In this document: in pieces, positions 1 through 12,967 of the stretch
How the letters are laid out: every line of letters starts with the position of its first letter
How positions within the stretch are numbered: position 1 is the stretch's first letter
Assembly (NCBI GenBank): GCA_024704765.1
Contig: JAKMXF010000133.1
Span: 620,001-684,000 of the forward strand
Source of the DNA: Oopsacas minuta
Lineage: Eukaryota > Animalia > Porifera
Length of the DNA stretch: 64,000 nucleotides
Direction of reading: 5' to 3'
Translations under genes and position numbers: made by a program
The notes under the pieces: generated by a model
What the model was told of the DNA's origin: nothing
Databases searched by the model: none
What the model saw: only the letters and a program-made list of their open reading frames with translations

Positions 1-1283
1 TCTTCTATATGATAGGAGGAAGTATTCAATTCTTAGTAATTATGAATAAACTCTTGTATGCCATAAGTATGGGTAACACTCATTAATTTATGCTATACTA
101 TACTATACTATACTCCAGAAGTTGTTACGTGGCATATTTTAGTTGCTGATAATTATCTACCGATGATATACTGGCCCAGTTGCACTTTTGCAAAAACATC
201 TAAGATAGTACGTAAAGTGTTGTTGATCAAATGATTATTCATAAATTATACAGATGTGCAATAGTAAGCAGGTAATATTGATCAAAACAACTTACTTTGA
301 TAAAATGTAATCCGCAAGTGAGCAGAATTCAAATATTTTAAAAGTTTAAAAGTATGGACAGCAAAATTGCAGAAGAGTAATGCACATTTATAAAATGCTT
401 GCTAGTAAAGACGAGCACAGGCATTGCTTCAAATTTATATTTCATATATTCTAAAGTAAACAAAGTTCGATTAGACCATCAAATTTCTCCAAATTGCAAG
501 ATTGCATTTTTTAATAAATTTAAATAATAAATCTAATAGTCATTAAAATGGCAATTGCAATTGTAGACTAAACTTTTAGAGCTGTGCTGCGTGAGTAGGA
601 AATTTGGAGTCTAAAGAAATGCACCAATGCATAAAAGTTGCTTAGTTCTAGAAGCATAAATGTCATTTTATCGCAGCAGAGTTTGTCAAATTACTGCTCC
701 TCCAGGAGGTCGGCACGCGGATAGATGAACTTTGAGTTTTAACAAGCTACAATATGATGTAGGAATAATTATCAAAAAGATGTACGTAATAGTAAATACA
801 CTATATCTTATACCCGATTGCTTAGACCTTAAGTAGCTAAGTGACCAACTAAATGCATAAGGAGCGCGCTCCATATAACCAGGGAGCTTACTTTTAAACT
901 TCCAACGGAGGGCTGACCTCCGTTTTGCGGCATGGAGGTGGAGCGAGTAACGGGAGTATACTCTCAAATTGAGAGGCACTAAATGCTCTACCCATATACA
1001 CATACATAGAGGATAAATTGAAAAACAAAAAACAAATAATATGAAAAATCTTGTATTCTTAATTCTATGAACCACAACTTAATTCTGCAACTTTTCCACA
1101 AACTAAGTGATTAGGTTGTAACATGCAGCTGTGCACGTGTTCATGTTGAAAGTATGATATGTAAATTGTGTACTAAAGTGTAACTGGATAAAATTATAGG
1201 AATAGTACTCCATTTCAATGGACCTTCCACTACTATTTAATGACTACAACTAGCCAATAATTCAAATATCGCTTATTAAAAAC

Positions 1284-2746
1284 ATGGCAACACAGGTTAG
1301 TGTATATCGCTTCTAACGAAGTAAACTTAACCTGAAATACTAGGTTAATACTGTCCTCTCCCTCAAATAGGTATGCAGTTATGAGCAAGAAGATCTCTCA
1401 AGCACAACAGACGTAAGCAGTATTAAGTCAGAATGTCAATCTCCCCTTCCCAAACCTTCTAACCCATTCTCTATTGAAAATCTCCTTAAATTAGAGCCTA
1501 CATCTCCCTCAACACTACCAGGTGATGTTGAAGAGTCAGATGAGAAAGATAACAATAATAACCAACATAACAACTCTGTGGATTTAACAAACAACCAAGC
1601 AGCAATGCTATTTCACCAAGCACAACTACAGCATTACTGGGGGTACATGCTACTTAACAATATCATACGACAGCAAAGATCTGCCGAGCAAATTAAGACA
1701 GTATTCGTTGCAAGTCCTGTCCAGGTTGCAGCAGGGCTAAAAGCGCAGAAAGCAGCAATAAATAAGAGGTATCCCTCCAAAAAGAAATTTCAAAACTTGA
1801 CTTCAACTTTCAAAGCACCGGAGTCAAAAGGTGTGATATTTAATACTGTATTCATAGTGTACTGTGATATCTCGTTAATACGAACCACGGTTAATACGAA
1901 TTCCGGATTAGGAGAACAAATAATTACGCAAAATCAGGTCCCTCCAATTCAATTGGTATTACAGTCTAACCTCCAAAAACGGAATGACAGGGGCGAAAAA
2001 TGCTACCCCGTTACCCGTTTCATCGTCGTTTCTGCTTATTTGCCCGTTTGTGGCGGTTTCACCGTACTCAGGTAGTCAGGTTAATGCGAACTAAATTTGA
2101 TCGAGCGTTGTTGTTCGTATTAACGAGGTTCCACTGTATTTTCTTTATCACAATTATATCGTATGTATCTCAGGTATAAAGAGACATAATATAATCACTC
2201 CACTGACAGAGAAGAGAATCAAACTAGAACGTGAGTCTTATAATAGGAATTAATAATAATAAATACATTCTGTGTAATTATTCATTGTATCATATAGTTG
2301 ACATAGAAGATGCTAATTTACATTCTCAAAAGGAAAGTCGGAATATCACACGAGATGAGTACGAACAAAAGTGTTCCAAAGCACTTTCTCTTCTTCACAG
2401 AGAGTTCACTTCAATCCCAGACGCCTCCCTTACCAATAAAACTTTCCTGGAAATGGTAGACATTAACAAAGTACTGAATATATCCGCAATCGATCTTAAC
2501 AACATAATAGATGATGTAACATACACAGATCAAGAGAGAGCGTATATTCGTGAGCTGAGAAGAAAAGCTATGAACAAGAAAGCAGCAGAAGAATGCAGGA
2601 AACGAAAGAAAAACGAAGAACATAATTTGGAAGAAGAATTCTTAACTCTGAATAATCAGAGACGAGCCCTTATGGGACAGAAACAGAACTTAGCTAACGA
2701 AATAGCAGACTTCAAACAATCAGTTGGCATATTGCCTCCTGAGTGA
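1284..2746 (+). CDS. CNC/NFE2-family bZIP transcription factor, 4 exons (1284-1295, 1371-1830, 2174-2230, 2298-2746)
   Basis: The basic region YIRELRRKAMNKKAAEECRKRK resembles CNC [21 protein letters not shown] and is followed by a heptad zipper. GT-AG introns (1296-1370, 1831-2173, 2231-2297) have mutually consistent phases 0/1/1. Confidence 0.8.
1862..2136. mobile_element. Tc1/pogo-type MITE in intron 2 of the bZIP gene
   Basis: Imperfect ~24-bp TIRs (CTGTGATATCTCGTTAATACGAAC vs CAGTGGAACCTCGTTAATACGAAC), with TA on both sides. Confidence 0.7.
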
Positions 2747-3442
2747 ATCCCATGGACGACCTGTATACGCCCAATACGTATCGACGTATACATATCTGTC
2801 AATATACTACAGCTAGCTTATTGCAGACGCTGTGCTCCCGCAACTTGCTGATCTAATTGCAACCATATGCTAAACCTGTGAAGGGCCATCTATCCCACCG
2901 CGCAGCCGCATTCACTTCGCATAGTTATCGCATTTATAAATTTGTTTAATTCCATATGTTCTAAATTGTTTTAGATAGTTACAAGCTATAATGAATCATA
3001 TACGTACAGTATTAGTGTTATGACTAATAGTAATTGAGCGTAGATAGACGTTCAACTGACTGCTAGTGCCTTACTAGTTTCTAACCAAAAGGCAGCAGTA
3101 CAATGTATGGTAGCCATAAAAATCGCACAATATAAACCTACATTTGCGCAATTTTGAGCACATCAAATGAATTTTTTAGATCTAACCATGGAAAGTGGTT
3201 GAGTTATAAACAAAAACATTTGTAAAATGAATACACAATATGGTGTAAGCTTGTTCGTAAGCGGTTAATACATTACATTATAAATTAATAATATTATCTC
3301 TCAAAATAGGAAGAAGGGTATATTCACAAAAGTATAATTAACAATAAAAATATTGTTAAAAGAGATTAATACATATGATAAATGTAGTAAACAACACTCC
3401 AGAGAGTAATTAAATGACTAATAGTATTTACAAAGTTAAAAA

Positions 3443-3444
<2 letters not shown>

Positions 3445-3479
<35 letters not shown>
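3445..3479. repeat. (TAA)n microsatellite just downstream of the SLC6 stop
   Basis: About 11 perfect TAA units. Confidence 0.95.
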
Positions 3480-3499
3480 GCACACGCTTAAACAACGAT

Positions 3500-5434
3500 T
3501 TAGCTCTCATCTGAGTGCTTCTCGCCCTCAACTAATCGCACTGAATCAGACACACCGACAAAATGATCCTCGTTAGAGTCATTTTTGATAGGGGTTGACC
3601 TCTTTCTTCGGAGAACGAAATTCTTCAAATCCCTGAGCCATTGTAACTTGAATTTCACACATAATATAATCGGTATTGGTAAGATAGTGCTAATAACGAT
3701 ACCAGCAGCTAACACGAATCCCCATGCGGGATAAGGAATAAGAAAATCCTTATATGCTCTGTATACAGTGTATTTGAGTGGATGAATGAAATCTATCACT
3801 AAACTTCCTATGAATATTACAATCATAATTGTTGGAGCCACAAATATCCACATTATTTGCCAGAAAAGTATCCACCATCTCTGAATAGATTTCCTCTCCA
3901 AGAACCTGGTCAATCGGTTTGTCTTACCTCCGTCTCCGATTTTATACGTAAGCAGCTTACGGACTCCATATACCCAAGCCACGCCCACAACCTCAAAGAA
4001 TACAACCAAAAATATCGAGAAGGAACCTGAGAATTGATCTAATAATTGAAATATGTAACCACCGTTACCAAACGCAAAGAAAATACTCAAAACTAAGAAT
4101 GCTAGACAAATGATCAGCGTCATCACAGGAGTAGGTAACTTATTAGCTTTTGGTATGACGTAAGCAGCCTGGACGACAGACTCTACAGCAGAAAATTGTG
4201 AATCTAATCCCAGTAGGATTAGCATTATGAAGAAGAGTATACTCCATAATGGACTCAATGGCATTTGTAGAAGTGCAGAGGCAAAAGCTACAAATATCAA
4301 TCCTGGGCCAGCTACTATATCTTTGACAGAGGTGCCTACCAGCTCAGCTTGATAACCTAGAATACTGAATACGATAATACTAGCGAATATTGACGTACCT
4401 GAGTTAACAAATGCCACGAATATTCCATCACCAATTACATTAGTATTCGGATCTAAATGAGAGGCAAGGATAATGTTACAACCTAATCCCAGCCCTAAAC
4501 TATAGAATATCTGAGTGCCTGCTTCTAACCAGACTTGAGGGTTGTACAGTTTCTCTGTGTCTGGTACGAATAGATGTTCCAGTCCTGTTCCCGCCCCGGG
4601 GAGCGTCACGGCTCTGAAGAACAGTATAACAAGGACTACGTAAGGGAATAGCACTGTAAAGTAAACAACTTTACCAGATGACTTTATCCCACGGAATGTA
4701 CATACATACAGTAATACCCAAGAACCTATTATGCATAAGAATAGTTTCCAATTGAACTGTCCAAAAGCTGCTAAATCGTCACTAGCCAATGTAACACTAG
4801 TGTAATAGAAAAAGTTAGAAGAAAAGTTCTTACAAGCCACCTGAGATAAAGAGAAGTTTGTTGTTGGAGCTGTCAGGTTTACACCGCAATATACATTACC
4901 CCAAGCAGGAGGGTCCTGGAATGAAGAGAATAGATAGAAGAAAGAATAAGATATCAACATATTGTAGTAGTATATGATAAATAATAGAGTTATAATTATG
5001 CTCCCTCCCACACCTCCTAGTGCTGGTACTAGTCTGTACATAGCTTGTAATGGGCCAATTTGAGCGACTTTACCCATCTGAAGCTCCATGAAGTATAGAG
5101 GGATTCCTAACACGAATAGCATGATGAGGTAAGGGAATAGAAAAGCTCCACCTCCATTCTTCTGACAATAATAAGAGAATCTCCATACATTTCCAACGCC
5201 TACAGCATAACCGATTAGTGATAGTACAAACTCAACACGATTACCCCACCGCTGGTCTTTAGGTCTCTCATTGATTAGTGTAGAGAGTGTCATGTTTGAC
5301 ATTGTACGAGATCGTGATAACAACGCGTCTGATGGTTTTTTAATAGAATTACTGATACCATTGCTATTGCCATTGCTATTGCTATTGCTACTGAGCACAG
5401 TGGGAGAAGGAGAGAAACGCTTCGGAGAATTCAT
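3500..5434 (-). CDS. SLC6 sodium:neurotransmitter/amino-acid symporter, intronless, 644 aa
   Basis: Motifs WGNRVEFVLSLIGYAVGVGNVWRF, NGGGAFLFPY, GIKSSGKVVYF, QIFYSLG and GPGLIFV; about 12 hydrophobic segments. TM1 has Gly, not the Asp of monoamine transporters. Confidence 0.95.
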   Translation of the reverse strand: MNSPKRFSPSPTVLSSNSNSNGNSNGISNSIKKPSDALLSRSRTMSNMTLSTLINERPKDQRWGNRVEFVLSLIGYAVGVGNVWRFSYYCQKNGGGAFLFPYLIMLFVLGIPLYFMELQMGKVAQIGPLQAMYRLVPALGGVGGSIIITLLFIIYYYNMLISYSFFYLFSSFQDPPAWGNVYCGVNLTAPTTNFSLSQVACKNFSSNFFYYTSVTLASDDLAAFGQFNWKLFLCIIGSWVLLYVCTFRGIKSSGKVVYFTVLFPYVVLVILFFRAVTLPGAGTGLEHLFVPDTEKLYNPQVWLEAGTQIFYSLGLGLGCNIILASHLDPNTNVIGDGIFVAFVNSGTSIFASIIVFSILGYQAELVGTSVKDIVAGPGLIFVAFASALLQMPLSPLWSILFFIMLILLGLDSQFSAVESVVQAAYVIPKANKLPTPVMTLIICLAFLVLSIFFAFGNGGYIFQLLDQFSGSFSIFLVVFFEVVGVAWVYGVRKLLTYKIGDGGKTNRLTRFLERKSIQRWWILFWQIMWIFVAPTIMIVIFIGSLVIDFIHPLKYTVYRAYKDFLIPYPAWGFVLAAGIVISTILPIPIILCVKFKLQWLRDLKNFVLRRKRSTPIKNDSNEDHFVGVSDSVRLVEGEKHSDES

Positions 5435-6112
5435 GACTTAGTTTTATAAAAGTGAGTTGAATAAGAAACCTGTATGTGTTAAGAATTGTGTTAAGAATTG
5501 TATGTAATAATTGTAATTATGCTATAAAACTGAATTGAATTCAAATTCTAAAGTAAAATCTTCAAACCAGTTTATATAAATGTATATTGGAGAGGTAGTA
5601 ACAGAGTTAATAAGTCATTAGAAAAATATCTGACTATTTGCGTACTAATTGAACTGTTCTTCTAACAAGTAGCGTATGCTAGGCTTCGTAAAAAGATATC
5701 TTGATGAAGGAAGCATTATCATGGCACAATAGAGGTTAGATAATAATAAGATGCATACTATGAATCAATTAGTACTTACATGAATTTTAAATGTATTAGC
5801 TAACATATTTTGTCATATGGTATTTTGGATGACTTTATTCTAAGCAAGACGATATATACGTATTGGTAATGTATAAGATATCTCTCTGGAGTATCACATA
5901 TATCACGAGAATAAAGTATTATGGCGTAGGGTAGTATTTCAGAGTTTAAATAACTACCAACAGTAACATGCATTTTTGTCAGTATAATATGATAATATAT
6001 TCAGGAGTTCATGGCTATTACGTAGTTACGTAATCTATATTATTAAATCTTAATTGTTGTCTGTTTGAATATCGAATGTTTGTTTGGTTTAGTCATTTTT
6101 TCCAACAGATAG

Positions 6113-6622
6113 TCTGTCGCAAAGATTTTGGCACAGTATATTAAGCAAAAATTGGGCTACTTCACCGATCGGAACAGTTATTTCTTGAAATTTTGGACAA
6201 ATGGCTACAACTATGTAGACATTCGGTTACAATTAGTGTATGTAAGTATCTTGCGATTTCCAATGCATAAATACAGTAGAGGGAAACAATCATATTCAAC
6301 AATCTAGATGTCTAAATTGTCAATTCAGTAAGTTAAGGAAGCCAAAAATCCATGTGGCCAAATTCCATGCAGAAAAATTCTATATAAGAACAGGATAGGG
6401 TTGGTGTGAGTAACGTATATAGATATAATAAGAGATTAGTTATAATTATGATTTTTTGTCAGTTTCTTAGATTTATGGTATTATCATCATCTGTTTGAAT
6501 CAGAAGACAAATCTACAATCGACATAGAGATTGATTGTGAACCAATAACGCCCCCATACAATTTGTATTCTTACACCGACTACAAGTTTGAGAGAAATTT
6601 TGTGCAACTGTTGAAAACATAA
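6113..6622 (+). CDS. 3' exons of an unidentified spliced gene with one in-frame TAG (exons 6113-6237, 6308-6405, 6471-6622)
   Basis: GTATGT..AG and GTGAGT..AG introns of 70 and 65 nt with consistent phases. The spliced reading is ...YVDIRLQLVCLNCQFSKL...RTG*GWYLWYYHHLFE...QLLKT*. The 5' end is unresolved. Confidence 0.5.
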
Positions 6623-6828
6623 ACAATAGACTTTACAAGTACACAACATTCCTAAGCACAAATATATTGAATGTTGTGTATGTTAAAAGAAGTTAGAAAA
6701 ACAATCAATATTTATATCAAACCTAAATTATTAGAATCCTATGAGGCAACAGTATAAGTATATAAGTGACCTGACCATAAATGCCATTTTCTGAGTGTCT
6801 ACAGGCCTGACAAAATATTAAGAAACGC

Positions 6829-8492
6829 ATGGATTCAAGTGTAACACCAGAAAAAAGTGAAAAGAGTGAGAATACCGTGAAAGCTAAAAATACTCCAAAA
6901 CCAACCAAAACATCTCAATCTCAAACGTATAGTAATCGAAAGAAGTCAGAAAAACAGGTTTCCACAAGTCTAAAGTCTCTTACAACTACTGGAGTGGTTG
7001 CAAATTGTTGTCAGCGAATAAACATCAAACCGCTATCTTCTGAGATAGCAGCACAATTGGCAGAAGATACAGAACATCGTATGAGAGAGCTGATAGAGTT
7101 AGCTAAACAGTTTATGCTACATTCAAACCGTACTAAACTGTTAGTAGATGATATAACAAGAGCATCTATTCATAGCAATGCAGAGATAGATACACTCCCA
7201 TTTAGTTTATCATTTCTAAACTCTACTCAGGATGTTGATATCAACCTTGAAGAGGTGTTGGCGAAAGAAGAACGATCTAGCACAACGAAAGAAGGAGTTG
7301 CGGGTTGTAGTTGGCTTGTATTAGAAGGCAATGTGATGGATGGCAAGAAGAATAGAGGGACACAAGTTACAACAACTGTATCATCAGGAAGAACAGCCAA
7401 AAATAGAGATAATATTCATTTATTCATTTCAAGTATATTCTCAGAAGATAGCGAGACAAGAGAATTTACTCTTTCACAATTGGCTACTACTACCTGGGTC
7501 AACAGGATACTTGTTGAAATTATACATATACTATGTGACGTCATCACAAGTGAGACAGCTGGGAGGTTCAGATCATTTGCATTGGAAGCTGTGAAAAATA
7601 TTTTAACTAACAAGAAGATATTCATTGAGCCACATTTATTAACACTAACTACAAGCATGAAATCACTCCTATTTATAGACAAGCCTTCTCACTTCAAACC
7701 TAACAGAGAATTACTACAGAGGATTGCTCTTACAAATTTGCTTTATCTACACAAGGAACATGCCACACCTTATAACAGTCTAGAGGGACAATTGGAGAAA
7801 GAAGCTTCAAGATTGATAAACAGTATTAAAACACATCCAATCAATTTATACGGGCATTACTTGTAGCTTTTGAAATCGGAGGCGAATTGATTGAAAATTG
7901 TGTGATGCCAAAGTTAGATGTTATTTTTGAAAATTCTAATCAAAGTTTGTTTGGTAAACAAACTCAATTCTCGCTTTACTTATCTCTACTGATAATCTAC
8001 CAGCTATCTAATACAGCTGCTCTATATCTGTGTAGCATAGCAGATAAATGCAATCTATTAGAATTGTATGTGGATTGTGCTGAGAAATTCGGGGAAATTT
8101 TTACAATACAATGCCTTTCTTATCAATTCAAAGGACCTTACTTGAAAATAGTTGGAAAGAAAAAGCAAACTCAAACGTATACAGGTGTAGGGAAGATGGA
8201 TGAGAGGGATTTAGAGAAATTAATGTATCTGACTAACTTACCTACGCCGGAAGGATCTTCACCTAATCCTACATGTTCAGCACATACGCCACACACAGAG
8301 ATATCTCATAATGTATTCAAGGAAGGAGACAAGATACAGTTTAAAATACAAACTAAACAGAGACAAGTTGCTAAACCGATGGATCTTGAGAATACCAAAT
8401 TAGAACACTCAGATGTTAATACGAATTTCAAGACAAGAGGTATAGAGCAATCTCGATTAGATATCAGCTGTGACTTGAGAACTGTATTCTGA
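6829..8492 (+). CDS. TAF6L: TAF6-like histone-fold protein, split by a 1-nt frameshift at about 7851-7854
   Basis: The histone fold LAEDTEHRMRE...AKQFMLHSNRTKLLVDDITRA matches TAF6L better than TAF6. Adding one G to CGGG restores NLYGALLVAFEIGGELIENCVMPKL (TAF6-family HYGA..GL..LG motif) and joins ORFs 6829-7866 and 7887-8492. Confidence 0.75.
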
Positions 8493-9044
8493 TTTAAATT
8501 ATCATTTTAATAAATGGATTTGTATCGTTTGAAAATTTGGGGTAATCAGATATCAAAGTATCCAAAATATATACATACGACAATGTAACTTTCTAAGACA
8601 GGTACATAACGGTTTATGAAGGACATGCTTGTGCGAGTATAGACTGCAAAAACGTGTGTTTATGTCATGAGGCCAATATGCTCTTAGCCGGCATTGGCAT
8701 TAACTGTGAATTATATAAATATAATATTGTAGGTAATTCCGATTTCAGGGTACAGTGAGACCTGCACAAACCGACACTTGTAGAGACATGAAAATTTGTA
8801 GGATTATTATTACAGGTATTGGTTTATATAGGTTCCATCGTATGAAATTTAATCACTGCTCTAAAGCGTATGTGTGTATTAGTATGTGTTAATATTATTT
8901 TGCGTCCTCATTTACCGTATTAATATAAAATAACACTATCTAATGAGTACACATGTACACGTATAAATTATGCATAAAAATATCAGTACGTATTCAGAAA
9001 TATTGAATGCTGACCCCAGAATAATAGATTCTAAAAGTAGAATT

Positions 9045-11107
9045 CTAACTAGCAGGAACTCTATTGTAATAACGTCTGTGTTTCTCATCACAATTCTCCA
9101 AATAGTAAGTACCCGGGTAGAGAGAGGATAGGTCTGATACAGGGGTATAAGAGGGTAAATGGTGTGTAGTCTCTCTCAGTTTTAGTACACCTTCAAAATC
9201 TTTCGGAAGTAATTGAGTCCTGGATTGTAACTTCTCTGGTAGAGATTTGTGGCGATTTATAAGTTTCTCTAAACTGAATTTACTGCCTTGATTCAATTGA
9301 CAACGGATTCCATACATAGAAGCTGCTAGACCAGATCCGTAAGAGAATAGAACTAGCTGCTTAGTGTTCAGTTCTTCTGCAGTAACACTATTAGACAATT
9401 ACAAGTGTCACTAAATAGTCTATTCTGCTGTATTAATTAACGGATTTGACTATATACTTACCCTGTCAGAAGAGAAGCAATTCCTCCATAGACAGATCCT
9501 GTATATATATTACCTACTTCTCTAGCTACTAATAGGGTAGGATCTGTCTTAAAAGTAAAAATATTCTTACTCAACTTTTTGAACTTCTCCATTACTTCTC
9601 TATTTTCATAAGTCTCGTGAAGCGTCATGTCTCTATGTAGGAATAAATATGAAGGGTTAGAATACCAGGGTTGCCAGATGATATACCAATTACGTAACAT
9701 AAGTAACAAAATACAACTCACTTAAACAAGTCACAGCCAGCATACTTCCCAGTCTCACTGGTATCAGGATCTTGTTCAGTTAGCAGATCATTGAACATCA
9801 TTCTAGCTATAGACTTCTGTACTAGTTTAGTGAATGGAGAGTGAAATAGGTAATAATCTCCTGTCTCAAGAGAGAAATCAGAATCGTATTTAGATCTGTA
9901 CTTATCCCTGTATCCAGCATAACAGGTATCTAGAGAGCGTAGGAAACACTGAATAGACAGCTTACCATCTACTATAGGATATTCTGAGCTCAGGTTAGGC
10001 TTGTAGAAGTCATAAACATGTTCCATATGAGTATATCTTACACCTGGAGATGAGGAATATATATAGATTTACTTATTTAATGAAAAGAAGTTTTGACAAC
10101 TACAGTCACCTCCCGTATATGGAAAACGGATATATTGAATACGTTCTTTTATCAAATTTCTGACAGTGTACAAATTTGACCCCAAACCGTCAAAGTAACG
10201 TATATTTCCCCGATTATATCAAAGTAATTCCCGTGGTTCATTGAGCTTCGATATAACCGGAGTTGACTGTATATTACAAATATATATTTATACTACATAC
10301 AGTCAGGGTAGCTTATTGAGAACCCCTACGGGGTCCTACAAATCACATGGGAATGATTTTATTAGGCTAGCGACTTGATAATAAGCAGGCCCATAATAAC
10401 CGATCCTGTTTGTACGTATTATTTCAACATATAAAGCGATAAGGTAGCTTAACTCACCTCTGTCTATCACTAGAGGCGCATGAGGTCCAATCAACATTGC
10501 AACAGCTCCAGCACCTCCTGTTGGTCTAGCGTTTCCTTCAGCATACACAGCTATATCTCCAGCTACAACTATAGCATACCTACCTAGATGATAGAAAGAA
10601 TAGCCAAATAAAATATAGTGTTAAAAATGACTCCCTCTCTTACTTACCATCCCAAGCACTACTCTCCACCCAAGCTAGTGCATTGAACATTCCCTGTGTA
10701 GCTCCGAAACAAGCATTAGTGGTATCTAATCCTTCAATATTAGAATTTCCTGCATCTGTAAATAACTGCATTAGAACACTTTTAGTTGACTTAGACTTAT
10801 CAACAATTGTCTCAGTGCCTACTTCCAGCCAGCCTACCTCAGCTGGAGATACATTGTAGCTCTCCAGTAAATTATGCACAACTGTCAACGCGAGGCTATT
10901 TATATCCTCCAGGTCATTACAGAATCCCATATGTGATTGTCCCAGTCCGATGGTATACTTCCCAGTATCAACTTCATCATGCTTCTCTAGTGCCTCCTGA
11001 CTCACTGAGAGTTTAGGAATATAAATTTCCAGAGCCAGAATTCCTACGTCATCAGGCCAGGTACCTGTTGAGTGTTTGTTACTCATTTCTTCAATAGAAT
11101 GTGCCAT
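9045..11107 (-). CDS. HMGCS1: Hydroxymethylglutaryl-CoA synthase, 5 exons (11107-10648, 10583-10458, 10043-9722, 9632-9462, 9387-9045)
   Basis: Motifs ETIVDKSKS, catalytic [50 protein letters not shown] and FSYGSG. All introns are GT-AG and in phase. Confidence 0.95.
10103..10269. mobile_element. Tc1/pogo-type MITE (CAGTCAACTCC family) in HMGCS intron 2
   Basis: TA-CAGTCACCTCCCGTATAT ... ATATAACCGGAGTTGACTG-TA. Confidence 0.7.
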
Positions 11108-11794
11108 AGTATAAACTTGCGTAATATTGTTCAAGGAAATTTGTTGTGTATTTATTGAATGTCAGATAACATCATCATATTATGAGCACGCTATACTACA
11201 TCACACCACTGTCTATTGCCTATATCTAAGCCTGACGTTAAACTATGGATCAATTTCAATCAGTATAGTTAATAGTTTTAGACTCGAGACTCGAGTCTAG
11301 ACTCAGTAAGTTTCTCAACCATTCACGAACTGTGGTAGACTTTTATATTAGAAAATTTTGAGAATATTTACCTCGTATGAAATGGTAGCTATTCTATAAT
11401 TTAATTAATTTTGGTATTATCATGTAACAGATTATAGAAAATTCAAAACGTTTAAAGCAAAAAATCTAATATTACAATCTGTGCCGATAGCATACAGCTT
11501 AAAGTACGTAATAGTATATGAAATGAATTTTATAGTGCCACTTTAGATAATTCAATTTATGTACTATGCTGTCCGCATAGTAGTAATTTTAGATTTTCTA
11601 GAATATTTGATGATTGATCTAATAAAAGATTGCGAACTTTTCGACTGCATATCTTGGGAAAATTTATTGTTAACATTATTCCCTTCTAGGAATAAAGCTG
11701 GACATGACAAAATTATAAATTGAGAAATCTCGTATAATCATTTACAACTACTCACAAGATTGCATGTTACATCTATCATAATTAGAAATTCAAA

Positions 11795-12967
11795 TTAAAG
11801 CATGGTGCATTGTGCACTCACAGAAGAATTAGATTCTTTGATAGAATTCCATTTTGTTGTGTCAATGAGACGAATAAGATCTCCATCTTCTGATACTATA
11901 TTGATTTGATTAGTTTTCCAGTTTGTAATCATGAAATTGTTATCTTGATCCAAACAGAAATAGCAGTCATCGGAGAAGTTAATTTCATCTTTATTGACTG
12001 ACACTGATCTAATCAGATCACCTGTTTTACAGTTCAAAAGTTTGATTGTATTATCAGCTGTTTCTAGCAAATATAGGATTGAGTTTCGTATTTTTATGTC
12101 AGCATTAGACTCTAAATTATGACAAAAAGTTCTCTTCAATTTTAGATCTGTTGAATATACACAAATATTCTTTTGATTATTGACAACAAATATCTCGTCA
12201 AATTCTGAACATATACCGTTTGGATATTGGATGGTATTTGTAGCAATTACTGAGTAGTTTAAGAGATTAAATTAATATATCGAGTTAAGATGCAAATCTG
12301 TTACAAATATTGCTTCATCTACAATAGTAATTCCATAAGGATATTTCAATACATCACTACCAAATTCAGCTACATATTCTCCCTTCATATTCCACATCTG
12401 TACTCTCCCATTAGCAGAATCTGCAATATACGCTATGTCTGTAGAATTGTCAATATGTACGCCACGAGGTTTGATGAATTCATTACACATTAGACCAAAT
12501 TTACTGAGAGTCTTAACAGGTGATTCAATAAGAGAATAGTCACGTGTGTTTTGTATACTCGTGACTACAATTTGACCGAAGTTAGCAATATCTTGTCCCA
12601 TCTTATGTGTATCACAGCTGAACAATACATTTACTGTTGCCAGATCCTTCCTAAGGTCAAATAACTGTTGTTCTAAACTTTTGATCGTCTTCTCCATTTC
12701 CGATTTCGCGATATTCACTTTCATCTGTTGAAAATGTTGAGTAAGCTCGGTTTTCGACGCCTCTAAATCTTCTATTTTAACGAAAATATCTTTATTCTTC
12801 TCTTCGTATTGCTGCTTTAGACATCTCAACTCTGATAAAACTGTCTCCCTCCTCCATTTCACAGCTTGAAATATATCATTGAATATACCGTTAATTTCAC
12901 TCTCTGCCCGAGAGAACGGATCTGCAGTAAGGGTAGCAGATTGGAGTAGTGGTATGTTTTGAGCCAT
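11795..12967 (-). pseudogene. Coiled-coil + NHL-repeat protein interrupted by an in-frame TAA at 12272-12274
   Basis: N-terminal TRIM-like coiled coil, then NHL repeats (FIKPRGVHID...IAYIADSANGRVQ; YPYGITI...IFVTD). The frame stays open after the stop (FNLLNYSVIATNTIQYPNGICSEFDEIFVV...) and runs into ORF 11795-12139. Confidence 0.75.

Noticed and set aside
686-1075. 129-aa minus-strand ORF and a small AACGGAGG/CCTCCGTT hairpin near 905-925
   Set aside because: No recognisable family or RNA-gene signature; it starts at a non-ATG codon; an 8-bp stem is within chance.
1578-2075. 165-aa ORF as a separate gene
   Set aside because: It is part of bZIP exon 2 read through a splice donor into the intronic MITE.
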